Positions 15,305 to 28,764 of a stretch of DNA of 64,000 nt are shown in pieces. The notes under the pieces are model-generated. The model saw nothing but the letters and a program-made list of their open reading frames with translations, made no database searches and had not been told where the DNA came from. This DNA is from the human T2T-CHM13v2.0 reference genome, Homo sapiens: assembly GCF_009914755.1 (NCBI RefSeq), contig NC_060925.1; one strand, written 5' to 3'. How positions within the stretch are numbered: the first letter of the stretch is position 1; every line of letters begins with the position of its first letter. A program made the translations under genes and the position numbers.

Positions 15305-16874
15305 ATCTTTGGGGATTCTTACAGGATTTGTGGGGAGTTTTCAGTTTGGTTTGATTTGTGGTAGTGGTGCCTCAGTTGATGATGTTGTTTTTCTAGGGTT
15401 GATTTTTGGGGAAGGGAACCTGTAGCATACGCTAGTTCACTGTCTTAATAGGATCCAAAGCCCCAGTGTATCTTGTCTTTTTATTTTCAGTCTATGTGAT
15501 GCTTTAGTTGTCTGTCCTGTAAATAGAGATTTACAATTAAACCCAGTCTGTTAAGTTCTGTTTGGTGGTAGTGGTTTTGTCGTTAACATCCAATCTGAAA
15601 ACTAATGCCTATTAAGTGGTCACATTTTTCATGCTGATTTTTTTTCCCTCCCTTCCTGCTGATGGGTTGGTTGAAATCTTTTAATTTTTTTCTTTCCTTG
15701 TCTGGTTTAGATGTTCTACATTCTAGTTCTGAATTTTCAGTGGCTTTCTCAATGTTTTTAAGATGAATGCCTGACTTTCTCAAATGAGTATTTCTACCAT
15801 CGTCCTATGGAAAGACTAGGTTACAGTCATCACCCCATCCCCATCTTATATGTTACAGTTCAGTATTTTCATTCCATCTCTTTATTCTCTCCCCAAGTAG
15901 CACTCCCTGGGAACTTCCTAGGCCAGGTTCCATTGGAGGATTTGTGTGGGAGAAACCAGCAGCGACCAGATCTGCCATCTCCCTCCCCGCCTTAACTGGC
16001 GTTTTCCTTTGAGAAACCACCTCTGTCACATCCCTGGGCTGGTCAGATTGTGTCCCCCTCCTGTGCTCCTGGAACCTCTCCGCATGCCTATGTTGATGTT
16101 TGTCAGGCTCTGTGTTCATCATGGGCACACTTCAAAGGGCATCCCAGTTCCTGTGGTGGAGACTAGGGATAGGATGATGGGTAAGTTGACATTGGTGGTT
16201 TTGAAATGCTGAAGTTTATATTGCTTTCCCAAATAAGAGTATGGTATTTGGTATTTCCAAAGAGTACCATGTTTAAAAGTGCCTCGTGCTTTTAAGAGAG
16301 ATAGCTTGGGATTTCTGAGATAAGATAGGAATAAAGTGGTGTGCACTGGTCGCTCCTGAAAACAGCCATGTTTATGGTTTCTGTGGTTTCTCTACTGCTG
16401 TCCCTTAATCACTGATGGAACATACAGATTATGGGTAGCAAGACAGGAACTGTTTTCATCTGACGCTATTGAAACTCGTGTGTTTGTTTTATTTCTACGT
16501 AACAGAATCAGAATGAGAAACTTCTGAGGCATTTACTCCCAGATCATGTAGCTCACTTAAGATGTTTTAATATCTGTGCTGTGTTAGAGGTAAGAGTGTT
16601 GCAAAACAGAAGTTATGGGTCTAGCCTCATGAACTTGCAAGCGGGTTGGGGACAAAAGGCTGAGTGCTGCACCGTGGCTGAAAGCATAGAAATTGTCAAC
16701 AGCCCCCATATAGAGCCCCAGGTTTCAGAGGGGGAGGATTCTAGGCTCCTAGGATCCACTTGAAGACAGGGGCATTACCTGGGGAAAAGCTTCAACTGCT
16801 CCAACAGGATGGCACTTTCTCTCTTTTAATGCTTTATTTAACCAACTAATAAATGCCAAGAAAAATCATGATTG

Positions 16875-17136
16875 GCCTGCAATCCCAGCACTTTGGGAGG
16901 CCGGGTGGGTGAATCACCTGAGGTCAGGAGCTCAAGACCAGCCTGGCCAACATGGTGAAACCCCATCTCTACTAAAAATGCAAAAATTAGCCGGGCGTGG
17001 TGGTGCATGCCTGTAATCCCAGCTACTGGGGAGGCTGAGGTAGGAGAACTGCTTGAATACAGGAGGCGGAGCTTGCAGTTATCACGCCACTGCACTCCAG
17101 CCTGGGCAACAGAGCAAGACTCTGTCTCAAAAAAAG
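16875..17136 (+). mobile_element. 5'-truncated AluS with 17-bp TSD
   Basis: TSD AAGAAAAATCATGATTG at 16858-16874 and 17137-17153. Confidence 0.9.
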
Positions 17137-17732
17137 AAGAAAAATCATGATTGCCAGTGTTCCCAGGATTCAGCTCCCCATTTAAGAGCAAAATTCCAAC
17201 TAAAATATATATATGTATATATATCCTTCAGTGGGTTGTAGCTGAGGGTAAACAAGATGGAGAAAAGAGGCCCAGAGGAAAAGGGAAGCCTCCCTTTTTT
17301 ACTACAAAGCTAGTAAGTGGTCGGGTCCTGCGGTTCCTTCCCAAATCCTTTGAAGCTATTCCCGATGCACCAACCTCACCAAGGCCTTATCGCCTCCCAT
17401 CCAGCTATTCTGTGCAGTCTGGCCTGTACCCAGCTCCACTGTTCTGTTGCCCGAGCTGCCAATGGCTTCCACTGTGTGCGGGCCAACTTGTTTTTCATCT
17501 GGCCACTCTCTGGAGTGCCCTCCGCTCCACAGAGCCTGTCTGCTGTGGCTGTGTTTGGGCTGCAACACTGCCCCCGACCTCCACCCGTCAACTGAGCAAA
17601 CCTGTGCCCTTAGCTTGGAGGACACTCCTTGGCAGATTCGAGACCTCCCTTTACTAAACTTACTTCTTTCACCCTCACTCAGGATGGGACATGTGCTGGT
17701 TCCTATTCATGCGGCATTGACTGTGCTTCTAG

Positions 17733-17892
17733 GCCAGAGGTTCTAAAGGGAGGCCCAGGACCAGCGCATCAGCATCTCCTGGGAACCTGTTAGAAAGGCA
17801 AATTCTTATGTCCTCCCCCTTCCCCAGACCTACTGAATTAGAAACCCAGCAACCTGTCTGAAGAAGCCTCTCGTCTTGAGGTTGGAGACTGC
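17733..17892. mobile_element. MER5A-like hAT-Charlie
   Basis: gcatcagcatctcctgggaacctgttagaaaggcaaattct...cccagacctactgaattagaaac. Confidence 0.7.
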
Positions 17893-18565
17893 TGCAGAGC
17901 GAGCAAGGCTCTGCCGGGCCTGAGTTCTCCTCTGTCACCATGTGTGTAGATTAAGTTACTTCATCTCACTATGCCTTGGCTCTCGATCTGTAAAAACAGC
18001 CACTGCTGCCCTCCTGCAGCAGGGTTTTGTGCCCAGGGCCCTGGAGGGAGCATGAGCTCAGTGGTCCTTCCGTCCTCCCTGTCTTGGGAGTGCTAGGCTG
18101 TGCACCAGCCCTCCCAAGCCACATACCCAGCAAAGTGCTCTGTGAACTAGGTACAGTCAACACATTTGGGGGCATGTGGCCAACCTCTACTATTTGGGAA
18201 CACCAAAGGGAAGATGAGTGGTCAAAATTTCTAAAGCCACACCCTGGACTTTAGGACACTCTGTGTCTCCCCAGCTTGGTCACAGGTGGACATGATCATT
18301 TTTGTGTTAACAAAAGATATGGGAAGAAGGGACATCAACCCTCCTCCCTTAAAGCCAGCAGGGGTACTGGGGTGGTGCACTCCCACCCACCAGTGGCAGG
18401 CAGGGCCCAGCACCACTGCTTGCATGTGCTGATGCCAGGCCCAAAACTTCCTTGCCAGAGGACACGACCTCACAGGGCTGCCCAGGGGGTGGGAGCTGTG
18501 CACGGGTCCGAGACGTAGCGTGAAGCAGCACACCCAGCAGACAGAGTGCACAGTTAAATACCATG

Positions 18566-18571
18566 TTTAAT
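18566..18571 (-). terminator. KIAA0319L polyadenylation signal (ATTAAA)
   Basis: tttaat on +; on - it is followed by GU-rich ctctgtctgctgggtgtgct. Confidence 0.7.
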
Positions 18572-18949
18572 CATCCCACAATGGACAGTAGTGCAGTAGT
18601 AGAAATTATAAGTGTCTCTTTAAAAAGTCACTCCCCCAAAGTTTCCATTCCCCAATACCCAGATAACCATGGTGGAACAGGGCCAGGGTGAGGGGGACTC
18701 AGGAAGTCTTGGTTCCAAGGAGATGAAAGTCTTTCCAAGTCAAATTTGCCTTGTGAGCAGCCAAGAGCCCAATGAGTTGATGCATACGCGCTCACTCTAA
18801 CACGCACACATGCAAGGGACACAGAACACATACAGATGGAGGGACAGAGAGGGGACCACAGCGGGGCCATCGCACACATGCGCTCTCATGCCACAACATT
18901 CCAGTCCATCTGGGGCTATCTCCTCTGGGGACAGGGAGCGGTGGCCTAA

Positions 18950-19443
<494 letters not shown>

Positions 19444-19950
19444 ATCATTTCTATGCTACCATCTCAGCATCTGTGGTGAGGGGAGGGGTGCCACTTCCTC
19501 TTTGCCCAGCGAGAGGGCGTACTCTACCCCAGAGAGGGAAACACCATGCCCACAGTGCTTGGTTTTGCACTCAGGTGTGCGGGCAGCACAGCAGGCCTCA
19601 CCTTGCAGCACTCTGGGCACAATGACACTGTCCACTGGGGAGCTGCAGAGCTTAGCAGCTGGCTGGGTCTGCCCTCGGGGGAGGGGAGGAGTTTGCAAAA
19701 AAAGGAGGCCCTGAGGTGAGGATATCTGGGGGCCCACCAGACAGGTTTAAAGAGGAAACCTCTTCATTCACAGCTTCGTTGAGGGGTTCCTGGAGGACGT
19801 CTCTGGATTCAAGTCCCAGGGGTTCTGGTTGGGACTGTCAGGGCGAAATGACCAGCAGATGCTGGGACAGCAGCTGCCCGCAGACTCGGGAGGTAGGAGG
19901 ACTGGCCGGGCAGTGTGCTGGGCCCTGCCCTGAGGAGACAGACCAGGTGG

Positions 19951-20138
19951 CTACAGGATCTCCTCCCGCGGGCTCCTGGCCTTCAGAGGGGTCTGCCCGT
20001 TGGGTACAGAGCCATTCTGACCATGCAGGAGTTTGCCCTTCTCTCGGTCTGGCCATGTAAAGATGGCATCATCGCTGTCCAGCTCTGACTCGGAGTGCAT
20101 CAGGCTGCTACTTAGCAAAAGGCCTTTCTGTTTGATGC
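19951..20138 (-). CDS. KIAA0319L: KIAA0319L last exon (ex21): cytoplasmic tail
   Basis: Acceptor ctgcAG. Encodes GIKQKGLLLSSSLMHSESELDSDDAIFTWPDREKGKLLHGQNGSVPNGQTPLKARSPREEIL*. Confidence 0.95.
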
Positions 20139-22499
20139 CTGCAGGGAAAACAAGGAATCCAGCATCAGGAGACTGGCCTCAAGGCTGGAGCCACCCCCAC
20201 ACCTTACCCCAGCCTGAGGAGCCAAGGAACAGGGCAAGTCACAGGCTCCTCTCCAGGCTGGGAGGTGCAGATGGGAAGGAAGCTTCCCTAGTCCTTCTCC
20301 CGGGCCCAACTGGTTGGAACAGTCCACTAAGGGGTGTCACAGAGTACGGATGAGAGCACACCTGGGGTCTCCTGCTGGTTCTTCATCTCCAGTATCCATG
20401 AGCTTTGGTTCAGGCCACTCAGTGACATTCTCTTTTCTTTACCTTTCAAATTTGGAATATTTTATCACCTCCCTCTATGGGTGGAATGACATGGTAGGCA
20501 GGAAAGCACAAAGAACTCAGGCTCTGGAGAATGAGCTTTTAGCTGCACCCTAGGTCAGCAAGGCCGCTGAGTGCTGGCACAGCAGGAGTGTGCAGTTTCA
20601 GTCCATGTAGACATTTGCTCTGTGGGCTCTTGTCTGCTGTGGCTTCACTGGATGCTAGGGTGGCAGAGTAGGTGCACACTTGGACAGGTCTCTCCTGCTG
20701 GGAGAGCCTGACTGAAATGGGGACTCTCAGAAGCAGTCCCAAGCAGCCAAATCACAGAACACACAAAGCAAGAACCGTATGAAGCACCTGGGGTCGAAGA
20801 AGACACCTGCGATTCTGCAAGCCATGGCAGTCCCTTCACTACTTATCCCTATAGATGCCGAGCGGCCACAGACATGAAATGTGGTCTGATAAGAAGAGTT
20901 CCAACAGCAAAGATGGCTGCCCTCTGGCTGGTGCAAAAACTCCAGAGAAAACAAACAGCAGGCTGAGATAGCAGGACTAGAGTGGGAGCTGCCAACAGGT
21001 GGCACCCCCTCAGCAGTGTTCTGGGTCCTGGGAATGCCCACGCCCAGGAGCTAACCTCCCTCCTTTCTAAAAAAGGTAACCAGTCAGGTGAGGGGTGGAC
21101 ATCTTAGGGAGAGGGGAGAGCCCTCTCCAGCACCACAATCTCATCATCCAATAATCATTCTCCCTTCTCCGGGGAGAAGGATCCAGATCTCCCTCACATA
21201 CTGAAAGTGCCTTGAGAGGATTCCCAGCCATTCAGCCCTTCCTGGCCACACCTGACTTAAGGGTGGCAGTGCCCCGAGCTCTCCAGGCTGAGCGCATCCA
21301 GACCCTGATGCGCCTGCCATTCAGGACCACATGCGCCCAAGGACCTTGTCCATGTACAGCTGTGCCTGTGCCACATGCTCTGGGGCTTGGGCAGGGAGCT
21401 TCCTCACCCGCGTTGGTGTCAGGGTTACAGTTCTGGGTCTTGACTGAACCTCTCCTACTGAGTCTTCGGGCAGCGGAGCAGCAGGGCCACAGAAGAACAC
21501 TGACCGCCAGGACATCTCCAGTGTGGTGGGGACAGTGGAAAGGGCCCTGGCAAGGGCCCAGGTCCTCCAAAGGCCCTGCCTCACCCCTTGAAATACCCAC
21601 CTGTTCACAGCTGCCTCCTTCCCAAAGCCCCTCTGGCTATAGCAGTGAGGACAGGAGCCTAGGTTCAACCTAATATACTTCAATAGAAAGTTTTAGAAAA
21701 AAAATCAATAGAAAACAAAAACAACAACAAAAAACAACAGCAACAAGAGAAAACAAAGCCATAGCTGCTGAATGTAAAGGGGGCCTCCTGAGGGGGGCAG
21801 CCCTACACTTACCAGGTGGCACTGCTCTCCTTCCTCAGTTACTGTTCATCCTCAGCCTAAACTGGCTCCTGGCAAACTGTCCGTCCAGACTCCCGCGCAC
21901 ACACATCCTCTTTCCCCCCAACGGACCCACTCAGTTTACCCTTCTTCCAGCTAAACTTCTTCAGTTCCATACCTGACACCATATGGTCTTGAATCTCATT
22001 CTCCTCGTCCTCCTAGTGACTCTACTCTAGGCTGGACCTGCTAACCCACTGAGCCCAGAACAAGAACCAGTGCTTCCGGCCTGCTCAGACCCACACCGAA
22101 CCTGAGCGGGCTCTCCCAGCTCCCTTCGGTAGACACTGCCCACAAGAGACCAGCCCTGCTGCCCTCACCTGGTCGCACGTTGTTGGTTTTGGTCACCTAG
22201 ATGCCACTGGAACACCCCATGGCTCTCCCCTCTCCCTAAGATGTCCGATGTGCTGAGCTCAGGCTCCCATCCAATCTCACCTCTGCAGCGCGGCACTTCT
22301 CCGGGCCATCACCGCCCGTTTCTCCCCTCCTGCCTCAGAAGAGGCATCTGAACTCCATGCTCCCTTTCTCTCCTCTCTTCCCTTCTCCCTCCTTCCTCCT
22401 CAGTCAGGAAGCACCTCTCCAACGCACCACTCCTCTACCTGCATTCGACATTGCCACCCACAGATCTGTTCATGAGCCCTTCTCTGAGGAAGAGGAGGC

Positions 22500-24620
22500 C
22501 CTTGCCCTCTGCCTGCCATCCTGCTTCTCTAGCTTTCACTGCTCAGCTTCTAAAAGGATTTTTAAATATTCAGGGCCTTCATCTCCTCACTGCGCTTTCT
22601 AAATCACCTGCGCTTTCACTTCCACTGTCACTCCCCACTCTACTGCAGCTCTCTGATGGGCCAGGAGCTTCTCTGGTGCTATCAATTCTGATTCTTTGGC
22701 CTTTGCAGCAGCAAACACCGACGGCTGTCCCCTAATGAATCCCCTCCTCCCTCCTGGATGGTCATTCTTGGGGTCCTCAACCCTAGGCCTCTTCTTTTGT
22801 CCTTCAACATTCCCCCATAAGGGATGTGACCCTTTGTGGTGCTGATCCTCACCAGCAGATGGGAGATTCCTATTTCTACAGTTCCATGTCTGACTCTTCT
22901 GCTGAGTTCCATTTAATTCATCTTCTCTTACCCAGTCACTGCATCAGAGGTTCTGATTCTGTCAACAGCACTATCACTCTCCATCTCTCGGTTGGAAGTC
23001 AGCCCTGACCTTGCCAGACCTAGCTATAACCCACTGACACCACGCTGTGTGAATCACTGTCAGCTCCTCCTTGGACCAAAAATCTCCTTGCTGGTCTCCA
23101 CACTTGTAGCCACTCCCCTTCAATTATTATATGTTGTCACCAGACTGATTTTCCTAAACCAGCTTATCCAAGACTTTGCTTCCCAGCATCACCAGGATAA
23201 ATGTTTAACTCTGCAGGCTGATAGTCAAACTTTCACAATTTGGGCCTTGTCAATCTTTCATTCTCATTCCCTCAACTCCATTCATAACTGTCTTGCACCA
23301 AACACTTGATCTCCACCATTTCTTCTCCAGTCTCTCCCATCTCAGGGATACTACCACCACCCAACCCACAGAGGCTCAGTGCTGAAGCTGGGAGCCATCC
23401 TTCCTTTCTCCCTTCTCCCACACGCCTTGGCCAGCAGACCACTAACCTCATCAAGTCTTCCTCAAAAATGTATCTAGAATCTATCTGCCTCTCAACCCCA
23501 AGGACATTCTATCTAACTTCCTTTCAGCTAGCCTTTCCCCTCCAACCCCTGCATCTGTCAGCCACAGTTATCTTTTTTTTTTTTTTTTTTTTTTTTTTGA
23601 GACAGAGTCTGGCTTTATTGCCCAGGTTGGAGTGATCTCAGTTCACTGAAACCTTCACACCCCCAGGTTCTAGCAATTCTCCTGCCTTGGCCTCTCGAGT
23701 AGCTGGGATTACAGGCACCCACCACCACGCCCAGCTACACAGTTGTCTTTTTAAAATATAAACCAAGACCGGGTGCCATGGCTCACACCTATAATCCCAG
23801 CACTTTAGGAGACCAAGGCAGGCAGATCACTTAAGCCCAGGAGTTCAAGAACAGCCTAGGCAACATGATGAAACCCCGTCTCTACCAAAAATACAAAACA
23901 ACAACAACAACAACAAAAAAACCTGGGGATGGTGGCGCATGCCTGTGGTCCCAGCTACTTAGGAAGCTGAGGTGGAAGGATCACCTGAGCCCAGGAGGTC
24001 AAGACTGCAGTGGGCCTTGATCGCACCACTGCACTCCTGCCTGGGTGATAAGAGTGAGACTCTGTCTCAAATAATAATAAATGTAAACCAAATCCCACCA
24101 TTCATCCCCTTAAAAAGCTATCAGTGGCTCCCCATTGTACTCAAGAGAAGTCCTCAGCAGGGACCCTGCTCATCCATTGAGCCTTGGGTCACTCACCCCT
24201 TACTCTGTGGGAAGGTGAACCTGTCCATCATGTCACCTTCTTCTACCTCCTCAAATGCTCTCTGCTCCTTCTAGCAGCTGGGTCTGCACCAGTTTTGTTC
24301 CTTTGCCTGGAATGCTATTTCCTGCAGCTTTATCTGGCTAGCTCCCACTTATCCAGGTCTCAGCTTAAGTGTTTTTCTTCATAAAGGCCTTTTATGAGCA
24401 TATTTTATGTATTTGTGAGTTTGCTTAATGTCTGTCTGACATAAGCTACACAAGAGTGAAGTCTGTCCGTTTGATTCACCACAATATAAGCAGTGTCTGG
24501 CACAGGGCCTGGCACATAGTGGTCCCGCTCCATATCCACAGATGAATGAGACAGCCCCTGCCCTCAGGGATTTCACTGATGGGTGGGGAGACAGGCAAAC
24601 ATAACTAATCATGAGACAGC
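22500..24620. mobile_element. Decayed L2 fragments with inserted Alus (- 23571-23740; + 23768-24080)
   Basis: C/T-rich L2-like motifs (cctttgcctggaatgct, cctggcacatagt) plus Alu consensus. Confidence 0.55.
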
Positions 24621-24703
24621 GAGAGAAATGCCGACCCAGGCATGTGAGAGAAAGGTGAGCACAACTTGAGGAGGTTAAGGGAGGGATAAGAAAGAGCTTT
24701 CTA

Positions 24704-24872
24704 GGGCTGGGTATGGTGGTGCATGCCTGTAGTCCCAGCTGCTTTGGGAGGCTGAAGCAGGAGGACCACTTGAGCTCAGGAGCTGGAGGTTGCAGTGAGC
24801 TATGACTATACCACTGCACTCCAGCCTGGGTGACAGAGCAAGACCTTGTCGCCACATTTTTAAAAAAGAAAG
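24704..24872 (+). mobile_element. FRAM/Alu right monomer
   Basis: ggctgggtatggtggtgcatgcctgtagtcccagc...gacagagcaagacc. Confidence 0.8.
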
Positions 24873-26103
24873 AGATTACTGGATGAACCAGAAGAACTTG
24901 TTTAGAAAAGAGGGAGATCAGCAAAGAGAAAGATTCCAGAAAAGCAAACTGATGTAAGCTCACAAAGGCCACATCTACCAGACCAAAAGTTCTAGCTTTT
25001 TGTGCTAGAAATAGTAAGTCATTGAAGAATGTCAGGGGGTGAAAAACATGATCAGAGTAACATGATAAAAACCTTGGCTGCAGTGTGAGGGGTGGGTTTT
25101 GCACATTTCACCTCCAGGCCCTCATTCTCAATATTCCTGGGTGAAATGCCCCGCCCGCCCTCACTGCTCTGGTTTCCTGGGCTCATTTCAAGCCCCACCA
25201 CCTCCAGTCTCCACCTTGACAGTGTTGGTGGATCGAGCTGCTTGGTGCAGAGTCCAGACTGCTGTGAGCCTGTTCTCTTCTGCTACTGTGTGTCTTTTCT
25301 CCCTCACTAGACTGAGAGCACAGCCTGTGTCTGATGACTCCCTATACCCCCATAGCCTCTCCCTAACACAAAGCTTTAAGCATGAAAAGTGTTTAATAAA
25401 TGCTTTATATAAAAATAGTTCTACTTGCAGAGTGTTTAGGAATCGCTTTATAGAGTCTAGCTCTCATAAACCAATGATACCTGTCCCATGGCATCCATGA
25501 TGAGTGAAACCCTCGCCAGGTGACCCAGCCCAGCGGAGGAAGGAAGGCCTACTACCTGCCCTGATCTCCCAGTGCCATCACTCAAAGTCATCTTACTGTT
25601 TGTGCAAGGAAATGCCCTCCTATCTGCCCTAAGACACTGACAGAAGCTGAGGACTTGCCAAATGATAAAGATAGGAAGACAGGAGAACAAGGCTGGCTGA
25701 AAGGTGGTCAGCTGGCAGACACGGGCCTGGGTCTCATCTCTGCCCATAAAGCACAGACTGGTCAGCAGTAAGAGACAAGTCCAAGGTCCCTGACCCTGAC
25801 TACCTGGGGCAGTTGGAAAAGCGGAACTCCAGGTGGGAAACATGAGGAGAATGCCCAGGCAAAGGAAAACAACAGGCCCAGCACCCCCGCCAAGCGGAAG
25901 TAGCACGCGAAGTGGGTCCTGGAGGCATTTTGTCCAGTGCAGCTCAGGGCAAATCTGACCCTCAGTCTTCATCAGGCAAAAGGGAACAAAATGCTTTGCA
26001 AGCACAGTGGGCTGTTAGTGACACACTCAGGAGGGGCTAGTGACAGCAGCCTTCCACAGAGAGAGTGCACAGACCTAGAAGCTCTGGCACCCAGGGCCCC
26101 TAC

Positions 26104-26195
26104 CTGCTCGGGAGGTTGGCTTCAGCTCCAGGCTTTCCTGATCCGTGGCATCCAGGATCTTGTACTTGCTTTTCCTCTTGGGTTTTCCTTTTTGC
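26104..26195 (-). CDS. KIAA0319L: KIAA0319L ex20: juxtamembrane tail
   Basis: 92 nt, AG/GT. Encodes QKGKPKRKSKYKILDATDQESLELKPTSRA. Confidence 0.95.
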
Positions 26196-27302
26196 CTAAA
26201 AAACACAACCCCCACCCCTGCTCAGGAAAGAGGTTCTCTGGGAGGATGAGGATGAGAGCCAGATGTGCATGCAGGGCCCTATTTTGGTGGGGCACCTACT
26301 GAGAGGGGTGTCCTCTCCTCACTTCTCAGCCAGGAAAGGTGGCAACTGTGATTTGTTCCTCAAATGTTCCTCAGCAATTCTGGAGAAGGGCAAGGGAGCT
26401 ATGACCACCTTGGCACGGACTCACCATCCCACAGGGGCAATGAAGGACAGATTGGTTAAAAACGTAAAGAAAACAAAATCCTCTGCTTGAAGGGTGTGGG
26501 AGGAGACAGGCATTACACTAACAAAGTTGGTAATGGTGGTTGTCTTAGACTGGTGGGAATTTTTAAAAATTCCTTTAGTTCTAAGTTTTATAAGAGGTTA
26601 TACTGAAAGTTGAATCTCAGCTCTGTCACTATCAACTGGTCCTCAGACAGTGATGTACCTTTCCTGAGCCTAAGTTTTTTTATCTGTAAAATGGGAAAAG
26701 GTTATGTGTCTTAAAAATGATATTACCTATAAAAATATTATGGCACACAGTATACACAGAAATAATATTATTAATAATGAAAACATAAAATAAATGTAAC
26801 CATTCCATCTTAGAAGACTCAATAGGAAGACTCAAATGAAAAAACACAGGACGCCTGAGCCTGGCTAGCCTAAAGTGCATGTGTGGAAACATGCACACTC
26901 ATGAATCCCAACTAGAAAGAAGGCAGAATTAAAAACTCGCGGGCTATGCTGGTGAGGCTACAGTGTGGTGCATTAAAGAAAACACACCTTACAGATGTGA
27001 TCCGGGTCTGTACCCCTGGCCCTCACGCTCACTCCCCCACCTTGCCCTGCTCCCGCCCAGCCATGTTTCCCAGGTTCCAAATCACTGCAGTGGCTGCCAC
27101 TCACTGAAGGAGTGTGCCTCTGCCCTCAGGAGAGTCTCAGGGTGAGCAAAGCTGCCCGTGCATGCCTTAGGTGGGTCAGAACTCTCTAATGCTGACTAAG
27201 GACCCAGCCCAGTCCTTCCACGTGGAAGGTGCCAAATACCTCTCTGAGGAACGAATGTATGACAAGAAGCCCGAATGAATTTCAAAGGAAAATCCATCTT
27301 AC

Positions 27303-27393
27303 CTCTTACAACAACAGATCACAGTCCAAGACAGGATTCCCAAGGCAACAACAATGACAAAGGTAGCAATGATAACATATAACACGCTCCACT
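27303..27393 (-). CDS. KIAA0319L: KIAA0319L ex19: transmembrane helix
   Basis: 91 nt, AG/GT. Encodes EWSVLYVIIATFVIVVALGILSWTVICCCKR. Confidence 0.95.
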
Positions 27394-27962
27394 CTGCCAA
27401 GAAAATCAAAATGGTGAGGGCTGTGGAGGGAGAGGCTGGGAGGGAGGTCTGGGCTGCTCCCAGCTTGGGCAGGTGTGGCTTCACTCTGGAGACAAGAATG
27501 CCTCAGGCTCCCCAGGAAGGTAAGACCTTGGAGTTAAGGGCAGCTGAAGCTTTAAACCTTTTGAAATGTCCCTGCTTTCCAGTCCCTGCTCCTGGCAAGC
27601 CCTGAGACCCTGCAGCAGTGGTGCAGGCTGAAAAGAGCTTTAAGAGGGAAACGAGGGCTTCCATTAGGCTACAGCACGGAGGCACTCCAAAAGACAGGAG
27701 GCTTTTCAGCTGGTGGGATTTAGGCTGTAACTGGCATTGGATCTGAGTTAAGCCTGGTTCTTCTTACACGACTGCTTCAGGGCTTTCCTCTAACCTTGAG
27801 CAAGTGTGGAGGAAGGAAGTAAAAGTCCTCTGCAAACAGAAAATACACAAAGTTCTTCTCCTTGCCTGCTCATCTGCTTCAGAAACACCAACACCCACCC
27901 ACTCAGTGCAGAACCACATTCAGCGCCAAACAGGCTGGCACTGTGCCACATAGAAAACTCAC

Positions 27963-28085
27963 CACAGTTGCTGTCTCCATCCCTCAGCTGCACCTTGATG
28001 AAATTCTCCATCCAAAAAGGGTCACAGATACAGCGTTTGGTGAACGAGTCACAGTGGCCATGGTCGGAACAGTTCAGCTGACATG
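27963..28085 (-). CDS. KIAA0319L: KIAA0319L ex18: six-Cys EGF-like module
   Basis: 123 nt, phase 1-1. Encodes CQLNCSDHGHCDSFTKRCICDPFWMENFIKVQLRDGDSNC. Confidence 0.95.
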
Positions 28086-28446
28086 CTGAGAGTGGCAGCA
28101 AAGGGAAGAAAGTCAACAAGACTCAGCCAGGGGTGACAAGCAGCACCTAGAGCCCATGAGGGCACCAAAGCACCCCAGATTAATGCTATGTGGTGAAATG
28201 TCCTCGAGACCCACCTTGGGCATGGTGCCTGCCTTTCTCATCTCGACTGGACAAAACTGGAGCAGTCAGGAGGCCACTAGAAAGACACTTCCAGCCTGTC
28301 TTCACTTGTTGTTTGTCTATATCAGCAATTCTTAATCTTTTATGTCCCACACATCCCCTTCTCACAATTGGAAAAATAAAATACCTATAGTACTTCAAAG
28401 GAAGGCAATAATTATATTAAACGTTTTTGAAATATTTAAGAAGACA

Positions 28447-28733
28447 GGCTGGGCATGGTAGCTCACACCTATAATCCCAGCACTTTGGGAGGCCGAGGCA
28501 GGCAGATCACTTGAAGTCAGGAGTTCAAGACCAGCCTGGATAACATGACGAAACCCCATCTCTACTAAAAATATAAAAATCAGCTGGGCGTGGTGGTGCA
28601 TGCCTGTAATCCCAGCTATTTGGGAGGCTGAGGCAGGAGAATCACTTGAACCCGGGGGGGCGGAGGTTGCAGTGAGCTGAGATTACACCACTGCACTGCA
28701 GCCTGGGCAACAGAGCAAGACTCTATCTCAAAA

Positions 28734-28763
<30 letters not shown>
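28447..28763 (+). mobile_element. AluS with (TAAA)n tail, nested in a probable hAT-Charlie relic (~28323-29060)
   Basis: Alu consensus; flanking decayed TIR-like ends cagcaattcttaa and ttaagaatcccc. Confidence 0.75.

Positions 28764-28764
<1 letters not shown>

Noticed and set aside
17151-17657. 168-aa ORF and overlapping ORFs in the intergenic region
   Set aside because: TTG start, no domain or splice context; consistent with chance ORFs in GC-richer DNA.
24379-25104. 241-aa ORF on -
   Set aside because: Non-ATG start, runs through an Alu monomer and L2 debris, no recognisable domain.
25457-26005. 182-aa intronic ORF on -
   Set aside because: Non-ATG start, no recognisable motif, not joined to the exon chain by evident splice sites.
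26419-26480. Strong ATG|GTGAGT donor preceded by a pyrimidine tract on -, resembling a microexon
   Set aside because: No AG acceptor between the tract and the donor (ctgtgggatg), so no exon can be defined.
27790-27962. In-frame read-through from ex18 into the intron (57 extra aa)
   Set aside because: No nearby polyA signal seen to support an alternative last exon.
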